Shown here: in pieces, positions 27,126-38,798 of the stretch
How positions within the stretch are numbered: the stretch's first letter is position 1
How the letters are laid out: the number at the start of each line of letters is the position of its first letter
Assembly: GCA_002269645.1 (NCBI GenBank)
Contig: NIVC01001210.1
Coordinates: 271,261-335,260 of the forward strand
From: Macrostomum lignano
Taxonomy: Eukaryota
Direction: 5' to 3'
DNA length: 64,000 nucleotides
The notes under the pieces: model-generated
Told to the model about the DNA's origin: nothing
Databases searched by the model: none
The model's input: the letters and a program-made list of their open reading frames with translations, nothing else
Translations under genes and position numbers: made by a program

Positions 27126-28001
27126 GTCTGTCCGTTCCTTGTGTTGATCTCTGCGAGAATAGCTAGATGGAAACTTTTGTTGTCTCATAAACACTGGCAA
27201 AGCACCTATTGCTATGCCTAATAGCATGAACAGCGCAAGGTAGGAAAGCTTGAGCAAAGACTTTAAGTGGTGATAAGATATGCTCGATAAGTACGTTCAC
27301 CGCACAGTGGGCAGCACCGTAGCACTGTCGACACCCGTGTTGATATCAAAATTTTAATCGTCAAATTTATATTTGTTTCTATGATGATATGCTTAAAGAC
27401 GATTCGAAAAAAGCAAGCATTGCATGGTGCCGTTCTGCACCTGGCTGCGGGACCTTAAGACACATTCTACCATTTTGCTTGAGACGCGCAAATCTTTCGC
27501 ATTGTCAAAAGACTAAAATGTTGACTTATACGCCATGCATGTAGTGCACTCGTACAAGATGCCTTCTTAGATTTTAACACTGCAAGAGTTCTTGTTTATA
27601 GTTCTTATTTTCATTTTTGTAAAGCTTGGGGAGTATTAGGATAGGATTGAGCTGGAATCTTTGTGTTTTACCAAACTGGATTTTACCATTCAGAACTTAC
27701 AATGCTGCCTTCATTGCTTTCCGATTGTAATTTTTCTTCATTTTTTATGAAGCTACAAGGCTATTAAATTGAGTAGCAGAGTTGGTGAGTCAAAAAGGAC
27801 TGATCGACCGATCATGGATCAGTTATAGTCCAAACATGACCAGTCATTCAATAGACATGGACTGAATAACCACTCATTGGCCTGTGTTAAATCAGTCATT
27901 GAAGTTGATAGACAAACCATAGACCTGTTAGATCTGCAATAAACCAGTAATTAAGCTGTAATAAACCGGTATAGTCACTGACCGGCCAGATCAATTTAAG
28001 A

Positions 28002-28329
28002 TTAGCCATAGACAAATAATAGCTCATCGTAGACCAGTCCGCACAGAAAGAGAGACACGGTGCTGAATTTCGCTATCAAGTCGGCTCTCTTAGGCGATAT
28101 GTTGGCGGCGTCAATATTCTCCGATTCTTCCCCGTTCAGCAGCTGATTTTTCACTGCCTCTGCTTCGTCTCCTACTGCATCGTCTGGGACTTCGGCGTCG
28201 TCTGGCTGTGGTGGAGCAGCTTGTTTTTTGTTGCTCAATAAGCTCTTGTTTGTTTCCTGAAACCGGTAGGCCATTGTCTCTGAGAGCTGCGCGCAGTTGG
28301 GCTACTGTTAACCGGTCGAGATCAGACAT
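28002..28329 (-). pseudogene. SAP-domain fragment with an acidic tail, frameshifted
   Basis: MSDLDRLTVAQLRAALRDNGLPVSGNKQELIE is a SAP motif. It continues in another frame after an A-run near 28230. Confidence 0.55.
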
Positions 28330-28853
28330 GACGACAGATGAAAAATTTTAGAGCTAAAAAATTGAGCTCACGCAGGCAGCCAAAAACGCTGAGTAAGCAG
28401 AGCGAGACGCAAAGAAAAGGGCAGACGGCGCAGAGGCTAATCACTGGTAAATCTCTCGCCAGCGCATTAATTAATTATTGCCAGTGAGTCTTGAATGGGT
28501 AAAAGTAGTGAGTAGGGACTAATGCTGACGAGAAGTCCAGCTGTTTCGTTAACCGAGTTGCCAGATTTAGAATATGGCCTTGCAGGTACGGATGTCTGAA
28601 GAGGCAGCACGGCTTTGGAAGATTAATACAGTCGGAGTGACTTTTCGATACAGTCCGACGGCATTTCGATACAGTCGGAATGAAGGCATCTCGTATCTCT
28701 CCGCGTTTTGGAACTGGCAAGACGTCTTGGAGTACAGCACTGCTAAATTGACTACAGGTAGTGCCGCTTGCCCAAATTGAGCGATTTTTGGTCTTGCTTC
28801 AAGTTTTAATACGAGTACACAAGCCAGAAAAGTAGGTTATTACCGAGAAAAGT

Positions 28854-31800
28854 CCCTATGAAAAATTGGCCCGAATTTTCACCCTACTCTTCACCCGAAA
28901 TCGTCAGCACTTTGCGGGTGTAAAAATTGCCGGGCTACTGGCCCGGAATCGTTACGAAAAGTTCGTTTTTCGGGCGATGCACCCGTGCATGCACCCGCAT
29001 TTATACCCGAATATTTACGGGCGATTCACCCAGAATTATTTTGCGCCGAAAAATCCGGGCCAGTTAACCGATATTTTGCTTGCAAATCCGGCCCGAAGAG
29101 CTGGTCATATTTCCTGCTTTTGGTCTTAGTGATAGTGCACGATATTATAGTAAGTTTTTAGAGGGCATAAACTTAATTACGGTGACTGCCACTTTTCATA
29201 ATGTAATAAAACTTGTATCTAGTTGAATAGGAAGATTTTGCATGTACGAGCTAAATGACCCCCTCCAAGAGAGCTACATGTATCGAGAAGAAAAATAAGG
29301 CAATTCTGGAGGGATTCAATAAGAAATCTAGATCTAGATAGAAATGTTTAAGCTTGGCCACATAATAAGAAAAAGTGTGTGTGATAGTTTATTTAAATAT
29401 TTAATGAATGCATTCAATACGTTCAGTAAGCAAAAGCATTAAAGCATTAAAGTAATAAAAGCAAAGGAGGGTTAAGAAAAGAATCGAAACAGAAACAAAC
29501 AAAGTTGTAAAGAAGATAACATGAAGGGGCTTGACGTAGAGAAATTCTGAAGAAAACCATAAAAAGGAGAAATAACTAACTATTTATAGGGCATTTGCAG
29601 CTAAGAAATAACCAAATATACTAGTACGTTTGCAACTGAAAAGAGGTAGATCTAAGGCACAGAGTGCAAGGAGAGGGGTGCACACAGAATGCACATGTGA
29701 AATAGCTAAGATAGGGAAAGTATTAGCGCGAATATGGAGAAAGGAGAGAAACGATGTGAGGGGGAAATAGCAACATTCGGAAGGATAGGAAGAACCGAGA
29801 TCAGTAATGGGGTCTGGTGCAAATTAAGGTGACTTCGAGATCCCTCCCTCCCAGTCGCAGCCACATTACGAAGCAATGAAAAAAACAAATCAGTGTAGAA
29901 CAAAAGCAAATGCGATAGAAATTCATAAGTTCAAAGTTTAGGTATAGATTTATAACTCAGCGAGCGACAGGATGCGATACTGCGCTTGATTGAACATGTT
30001 AGCAGTGTCACTGGTTGTGAGCCTGGTGCTGGGTGGCGTAACAGCAGATTCTGGCAGCTGAGATGCTGCAGCACCAGCTAATCGAAGCAGCGCACCTGGA
30101 GTAGAAGGGGGCGCAGTTGCAGAAAAGCGTCAATAACGTTTTAAACAACACTACAATACAAAAAAATGAAAACATCACCTGGTTTGGTCTTCGTCGCCTT
30201 TCTAGCGACGCTGGTCTTTCTCGGTAGTTGGCCCTCTCGGCATCGGGAGTAGGCACACTGCAGCTCGGATTTTGTGATTTTACATGACTTTAAAATAGAC
30301 TGTTTGGGCTGGAGTATGTCGCCTAACACCAGTCCTGTAGTGCACGGCATAATCCCGGCGACGACGCTTAGCAGTCCAATGTCATCAGACATTAATGGCC
30401 AGAGGAAAACTTGGCTGAGGGGCATGTATACATAGCATAAATGACTTAGGAGCATGGTATGATGATGCTAAAATTCTGTTTATTGAGCAATAAAATCTAA
30501 ACCTAAATTAAAAGGCAACAAAATTGATTATTAATAATTTTTCTTTAATTATAATGGTATAAGTACAGTGCTTGGAATGTTAAATCTGATGGTAAATGTT
30601 TATTCTACAAAACATATTCAGATTATTAGATCTAAAACATTCATATAAGAGCAAAAAGAAGGCTTATTTATAAGATATAAAGGGCCTTTATCTCTGGGAA
30701 TATGTTAAATTGCAAAACTTTTTCAAGTTATTAGCTTCCTTGAAAAATGCTCAGTTCTAGGCTTTAGGTTCCCTTAGAATATAATAAGTTATCAAAATTA
30801 TATTAAATAAAATACAAAAAGCATACAGATTAAAAAATAATGTGAATACATAGCTTTCTAAAAAGTACTATATAGACTATACAAACTTGAAAAAGCAAAA
30901 ATTATATTAATGCTACTCAGAGTTTTATGAGCTATATTTGGACTTTATAAATGGTTTTTTAAATTGATTTGTTACTTATGTTCTAAAACTTTTTACCATT
31001 CAGCAAGCTCTCTGTGCTCATATACAATACTATCTTCATTATAGGTGAAATATTAATCAGGATAAGTTTTCTAAATTATTTTCTATTTTTACTAACTTTA
31101 AGAAATAAATAAATAGGCTAATTACTGGACTTAATTAAATTATAATTAACTATGTGACTGCCAATTCCTGAACCAGGGCAGGGGCAGGGGGTCAGTCCTT
31201 GCTATTGACTCATTTAGTGAAATAATTCACATTGACTATTTTTGAAGTTAAATAAACTTTGTCTGTTAGATTATGATAAATTAATACAAAAGTAACAAAA
31301 CACGCTTCACTAGCTAGCACATAAAATATCGAAGTTCTGAAAACGTGGCGTCTGAAATTTAAATATTTTTCGAGTAACAAAAACAAACAAAATAGTTTCC
31401 TAGCTTTTTTTCACATTGGTCAGCGCAATGAAAGAGTGAAAAGCACAGCAAATACTTAATAAAAATAGATTTTAGCCTGTGAATAGCTTATTCAGAAACA
31501 GGTATTTATAGTAAGCGATTGTAAATGATTTCACTTCCATGGGCCTTTTCATATTACCAATTCCAGAACCAGAATCGGTTCGGAATTCCAAGAAAAACAG
31601 CAGTATAACTATTAAACTCTGTTAATATTTGACTGCCTTAACAACCTAACTTAGCACAATTTTTCACTTTCTTCTTGGCGATTGTCATTCAATAATAAAA
31701 ACTTTATAGCACGTATCTCCCTCTAGTTATGGAGACAAAAAGTTATACTTCACAAATTGGTTCTGGTTCTGGAACCAGAGCAAGCAATATGAAAAGGCCC

Positions 31801-32345
31801 CATGTCGCCAGCCGCATCTCAGCCGCGTCAAAATTTTAAACGCAGTCCCCAGACGCGGCTCGTGTAAAAAATTAAAGATTAGCATGCAAAAAGATTCCCC
31901 AAAAGGGCATGGAAGGGCATGGACATGGAAGTAATGATTTCGACACATTATTTCCCACCATTTGTGATCGATATATAAACTCCTATAATAGTACTTTTTA
32001 AAATAATAAACATACATGTACGGTTGAATCTTGGAACCTGGGCACCTAGCTTCCTACTCGTTTAGCTATATTGATTTAAACCCATTTTTAATCTGCATCG
32101 TCAAGTCAAAGTCCCTCAGGACACGCTTTTAGAAAAAAACGGGCTAGAGACCCGCACGTCTGGGTTTCTGCTTTCCCCGCTTTCCGGGCGAGAGTCCCGC
32201 TTTTTCGCCCGATTTAGTTTCAACCGTTTTGTCGGCGTGCTTTCCGGGTGAATCGACCGCTTTTTAGTTTTCACCCGCAAATTTAAAGTTCCGGGCCCAA
32301 TTTCATATGTTTTCGGGCGAAAATTCGGGCCAATTTTTCATAGGG
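28854..32345. mobile_element. CMC/EnSpm-like non-autonomous DNA transposon, 3.5 kb
   Basis: TIR CCCTATGAAAAATTGGCCCGAATTTTC at 28854 and its exact inverse ending at 32345. GT dinucleotide on both flanks (2-bp TSD). cccg/cggg-rich subterminal repeats. Confidence 0.75.
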
Positions 32346-32793
32346 GTGATTCAAGCCCGACGGAGGACCAGGGATCGCCAGAGTTAGCCAGAACAAGTCC
32401 GCTAGCTCGTCTAAAGTTTCGAAAAAAAACTTCGATGACTTTATAAATTTATTTGTCTTTACGAAGATATTTTTGATAAATGACTTTAAAAATCGAAGAG
32501 AAATAAAATTACAATACAATTTCACCTGCAAAAACTGTTTCGGTCCTCGTCGAGCATATCAAAAAAGCTCTCTGAGATTGATTTTTTAAACCTATAGCAC
32601 TTACTCCGATGTTCGGACCGGAGTACGTGCGACAGAATACGAGGCGTTAAAATTTGACAAGACGTGAATGATTAAAGAATTGAAATAAAAAACTATACAG
32701 ATTCTGCTACGAATATATGGAATCAAGAGTAAGCAAGAAAAAGTTATACACGAATTCGTGAAAGGTTTTTCGCGTTTTTATCGTTAGGTTCGC

Positions 32794-35421
32794 TTAAACA
32801 GTGGAGCCGCTGCTCTCTTCCTGGTTTTCATTGCCACTTCTCGCCCTGGGTGGTCGCCGAGGTGGCAGCTGAGGCGGCTGGGATTCTTGCTGCTGCTGCT
32901 GCTGCTCCTGCTGCTCTCGCATCTGTATCACCTGAATGATCTCTTCGTACTTCGGTGGCTCCTCGTCGGCAGCAAAGCCCGAGTTGGAGGCTCCTGCGGC
33001 CACCTCTTCGTAGCTAGGCGGCATGTCCGGCCTGCGGCGCGTCCTGTCAGAGCAAAGGCCGGGCGGCAGCCGACCGTCCGACACAGTTACCGGTGGCGCC
33101 CGGCTGTGGTCAGCGAGGCCTCGAGGCCCGCGACCCCACCAGAGGCGCCTCTTTCGAAAGCAGATGGACAGCGTCAGAAAAGCCACGACGCTAACTGAGA
33201 TGCCGAGAACAATGCGAAGGATAAGGGACCAGGCATAATCTCCAGATCTTTCGTAGCAGTTAAGCTCGTCACTGGCATCCGGGCAATGTATTCGACCATC
33301 GCAACGATATCTCTCCAGAATACACTGCTGCCGATTGGAACATCTCCATTCTGAAGTAGTTTATTCAAAAGACTTAGTCTAATTAGTATGGCACTTCTGC
33401 TAGTACCGATATACTCGTAATACGAGTATTTTAGAGAACAAGGGAATAATTTTTCTATCTAGTATCCGTATTTCATATATCTTTCAATCTCTAGAAATAC
33501 TGGAAATACTCGTAGCTAAACAACAAATTTACCACGCACCATTGGATCCACATTGCACTGATCCGTTGTTTTCGACATTACAGCTGCCCTCAAATACGCT
33601 CAAGTCATCCAGTAGCACCGTAGATAATTCGTATCGATCCTCAGCTAGCATAGTGACACTTATGATTGGTGATTTTGGGAGCATCGTCATAAAAGTGCCA
33701 CTCAGACGGTTCCATTGGTTCATTGGCATAGTTGTCGTTAGCAAGACAAATTCATTAGGAAGAATCCCGGATATCCGAGCCTCAACCGTGACGCTGTAGC
33801 CGCTGTATCCGACACCATTGAACCAGATTTCAAAGCACCAAACACGGTCGAATGCCAAGCGACGCTTGGACTCCAGTTGTCCTTTGAAATTGGTTCCCGG
33901 ACGCAGACGGAGAACCCGTTGCGGCAGTGGTGGCATCGTCCGGTCTGGCACCGATATCGAGGTGTGGTCCGATATGCTGACTCTCAACTCTTTTGCAACG
34001 CTAACGTCGGTGACGACTGGCAAGTTGGTGGCCTCCCAGCCGCAGGTTGACCACTCAAAAGAGCAAACGAACGGCATCCGGCTCTCATATGCAGACTTGT
34101 CGCAGGCAGCCGGCTCAGCACTCAAGTCGTCAAACCAGTGCGCTGCCGTAGTCTGATTGCGTTGTTTCGACAGAAAGGCATGAACATAGATCCATTTATT
34201 CGTGAATCCGGGTTCTAGCTGGATTTCAGCCAAGCTCCAAGAGTAAAAACTTTTGCGAGCTGGCAGTCGGAGCAGGACTCGGCCACCATTCGGCTCCGAC
34301 AGAGTCAGGGCCTCGTTGTCATCGGTGAAGCCACTAGAGAACCAAAACAACCGGTAGCAGGATGCGGACCGCGTGTTGGCAGCCCATCTAATTCCGTACA
34401 GCCAATAGTAAAGCGGAAGTGAATTGGTGTTGCCCATCCGAATTTTGAGACTGCAATCGCGGGTGTCAGAGAATGGGAATTGGCGCGAGTGGTCGGTACG
34501 ACAGTCACGTTCGGTTCCCCAAGTCGAGAGGCTATGTGCGCTAGCCTGACCTAGGGCAAAGTTGGTGCCAAAACTGCGGTTTGAATTGCAGCGCGCGTGC
34601 TCGTAACTTTCATCGCTTGATTGACCAGCGAAGAAGTCGCTTTGGTACAACTGGCCGTTGTTTCTGCCACAGTCAATTACTGAATTACAGCGGGCGCTGG
34701 AAAGCACATTCATGGAGGATTTTTTCTTGTATTTATGGAGGATAAACAGTATTTCCCCATGTATAATGAACTTTGGTTAATAAAGTGCCTTTTGGTCCTT
34801 TTTTGAAGCTCACCTTTCGTTTAAATAGCTGCCATCCAAGCACCGGTGAAGACCCAAGAAACTTGAATTGTTGTCTATCACTGTCCCCGAGTCCATAGCC
34901 TCGTACTCAGCGTAGAAGCGAGTCATTCTACCAATACTGTTCTCATAAAATTTCCGATTGACCACAGCCACCAGATGAGTGGACATTTGGTAGTTGCAAT
35001 GCATGCAGAGCGGTCCGTTATGCAGATTTGATGGCCACTTGTGCACAAATTTACTAGCGTTGGCTCTCTCCCATAAGAGCGAGCCGTTCCCAGTGTAGAT
35101 AAGGACCGCGTCGAAATGACTCGAACCTCCGACCATAATTTGCGTCTCCTTGTCCGAGTTCTCGTTCACAGTGAAGAGTTCCAACTCCTTGAATCGAAAG
35201 CACAGGACATCGGAGGCGAAGCTTAGTTGCACTTTGAATTCGTAGACACAATAGGACTCCGTTGGCAGCGAGTGTGGAAAATTTTCGCTGACGAAAACTC
35301 CTCGACTGTTAGCGCTTGTTGGACGGCCGTCGACGGTAAACACTTCTCTGCAAGCGAGACAGAAATTCGCATGTTGAAGAAGCTGCAACACCGACAGCAG
35401 AAGCAGCAATTTTCCTGTCAT
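32794..35421 (-). CDS. Receptor paralog B: SP-CUB-LDLa-MAM-like-MAM-LDLa-TM-PPxY x2 (773 aa)
   Basis: Exons 35421-34814, 34696-33540 and 33350-32794 (phases 2 and 1; 2322 nt; open frame). Same motifs as paralog A, with a poly-Q tail. Confidence 0.88.
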
Positions 35422-37889
35422 TTGAGAAGAGTTTTTTGCTTCTATATGTCTGAATCTACTCTTGGATAAAAATTCGAGGTGTATATAGGTAAATCAAAGT
35501 ATTGGGTCGATGCACTGAGCGTAAGTGGCTGGCTCTGTTTGCTAGCTATACACTTATTTCTTTGCTTTTCAGTATTTCCACCAGCAAATAAACTCTAGCA
35601 TAAACAGTTTTTTTCAATGCGATAAGATATTGTGCACTTGCTGGGCCAGTAGAGGGGAGTTAGATACCGAACCTGCTCACTGCCTTTCAGCTCGCAGCAG
35701 TCTGAGTTGCCATGGCGATAGGCTTGTGCAGTGCAGGACTCGAGATTACTCGAGGTTGAGAATTGGAAGCCTGCGAGATATCGCTTTTCGCAGGCCTTAT
35801 TAACTGTAGCAAATTTCCTGACACATCCGCAACCTGAGTAGTTCTCTAGAGGATGTTGGCGGTAAAATATTTTGGATTAAACTATATGCATTTTGAAAGA
35901 ACTATGAGCATATCCTGAGTCTCAAATAACTCCAAAAAAAGCAATCAAGTGGCCAGAATGAAAGGCTAAAGGTGTCCCCAAGTAACGTCTAAGCCTGTCT
36001 TTTTCTCTTTATGGAACCCAATGATTAAAATTTTGCAGGGCCTTTATAGGCTTTATCTCTTAGCTTTGTTTTGGTTGAAAAAACAAAATAGACCCAATTT
36101 AGTTGGATTCGCTGCAATACGGATGCTATGGAGATGAAATATAAAGTTTTAAGATGAAAGTGTAAGCATCATTACATGTAAATTATACTGCAAAGACTCG
36201 GTGAGTTTTATGCATCTGTTTATTCTTAGAACGCGTAGCGAACTCCGGTCGGAGGGGCTGTTACACCTCGAGTTGTTATAATTCTACACATTGGCTGGTG
36301 AATTTTATTATTCCATCTGATAAATTCTGTTTATCCAGAAATTTAAAGAAAGCTACGAGGTAGGTTTTAAACTTTGTTCTCTTGATGCCTCTGGATTAAG
36401 CTGAAAATATGTAAATATTTTTAATCTTTTTCTATTTCGTATGAGCGTAGCTCATGTCCTGGATGGTGTCACACATTATAGCGACCGTTACTAGCAGGTA
36501 GCACGTACCTGCATCGGACTCACTCCTATAACCGGCTTTAGCAATTTCATCTGAACACAATTGAAGTAGCAATATACTTCATTTTTATTCGTAGCTCTAG
36601 TGCAATCTACGCGTTTTGTTTAGTTCATAGGCACTGCAGGTTCACTTTACATAGAGCGCGCGCTCTGAGCAATTGCCGGGCATAACTGGTCTATTATACT
36701 CGGATGCTTTACTAACAATAGTTGCGCACTCAGCTAAGAGTATCAGAGCCAACTGGACAGCCCCCCATCGGGGTGCAGGCCGGCAATTGTAGTTAGACAA
36801 AGCGCGCTGTTATTGTAAGAGCCTGCCATATGGCTTCATAGGGGCTAATTGGCATCGTACGCACTGGCGTGGCGCACTTATGATTTTCTAATTGGGCGAG
36901 AATTAGCATAATTATAAACGGATAGAACGGTAGACGAAGCCTCTATCTTTTTATCCGTATTGCATTGGTTGCTTCTGCATAGTGGTGGGGGGTAGACTGG
37001 ACCACAATCTCCTAGCTATTGAATACACAGTTTGTAATTGTACATATAATGACATGAGTAGTCATACACCAGCCTGCAGCCCTGCTGTGCACACTTGTCT
37101 GCTACGGTCCCCTAAAAGCGCCGCTCCAGAGAGTGCACCCGATCGGATGCTATATATATAAGATAAGCGTAGAAGCTCTTCGGCAAAAGAAAAAAAGAAA
37201 AAAATGGAAAATTCTCTATGCTCGTAAAGCGCAACGATTTTGTCAGTACGAGCCGTAATAGTAAGTAAATTTTTCTGAACCCTAGATACTTCGGCCTACC
37301 GATTGCGCATGCAATGAGTGGCCGACATTAGCCATCTAACCGAATACAGTTCCGGTTTTATAATGCACATGATGCATAAGAGCTGCTTGTAGTTTAATGT
37401 CGCCACTCATTGCATGCCTATGCGAGCCTGAAGCAACTTCATTTCAGCTTACCATTGTCCCTATTTCGCATGAGGCAACCTTTTTTTCTGTCTTTGGAAT
37501 CATGCGATGTATAACAACGTGAAAAAAAATGCATGCAAGTTTTTAAATAGGTCAGAAACAGCATTCAAGGCTAGCTAGTAAGCTCGTCAGACGCTAGGTA
37601 ATGCGTCTGACTCGCACATTAATTTGGGGCTCGGGCAGGGGATTTTGCAATTCTCGCCCAAGAGCCCTTTAAGTCTCAGAGGTTTGTTCGTGCCTGACGA
37701 TAAGAAAGTTAGAGGGCCTCCGTACTCTGCGTGCCTGCCGTGTACAGAGTGCCTAGAGTGTGTGTCGGAGTACATGCGTGTCAGCTGTGGTCAGCGGAGT
37801 GTACACGACTGCTTGTTCCCTCCCTCGCTGCCTGCTGGGTCAACTGTCGTTCTTTATCTACTGGAAAAATAACTAACTTCATGTAGCCA

Positions 37890-38152
37890 CAGGGGCGTCG
37901 CCACCGGGAAGGGGGACAGGGGGGAGGCATGCCCCACCCAGTGAAAGCTAAAGCCCCACCCCACCTTGTGACCCGTTGGGGAAATCCGTAGTTTTGCTTT
38001 AGGGCGCCAAAATATAACGCCTTTGGCGCCAAAATGAGTGCCTGTGGCGCCAAAATGAGTGCTGGCAACACCGATTCTCAAAAAATGTACATGTGGGAAT
38101 TTAGTCATGTACTGAGTACATGTAAGACGTAGATTTCATGGGGACGCCCCTG
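37890..38152 (+). mobile_element. hAT-type MITE, copy 1
   Basis: TIR caggggcgtcgcca / tggggacgcccctg. 8-bp flanks tgtagcca / cgtagccg (diverged TSD). Confidence 0.8.
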
Positions 38153-38798
38153 CGTAGCCGCCAACTGAGTCAGACTAGCCAAGAGCTTGAGTTAGAATAT
38201 AGCCAAGCGCTCAGGTACTCGAACTCTGTTTCAAACTCATGTCACACTAATATGTTATATGTTATTTATTTCTTAGGACTAGTTGTGATTACTTATCGTA
38301 GATTGCCTATACTTACGAGTATAGTGGAACCCAATAAGTTGATTTACAGTCTTATGATGCCGAGTTAAATATTCCAATTGATTACACTCTAGCAAGGACT
38401 ATTCAAACATCCTTGAGGTTACTGAGTTAGTAACGCTTGGTCATTCGCAAAGCAACAAAACACTAAGTAAGTAACAATAGGCTAACTATTAAGAAACGCA
38501 CTTTTGATTCGTTGGATACATTCGTGCACCAGGTAAATAATTTTAGATAATCTCATTCATTACTGAAAAGTACTTCGTATGATGTTTAGTGTACAACGGC
38601 TACGTCCAAACAAATCAAGACGTGGGAAATTCTTCAAGTTTCTGTTAGTCGACATATCTAACTGTTATAGCCCGCCATCTAAATAGAATTTGAATTTCTC
38701 TTCTAGTTAGGCATCGCATTTCACAGTTGCGGAGTTGCAGATTTGACAGTTCGATAGCGGAGAAACCCGCGTCCAGTCAGTTGACGACTTCACAAAAG

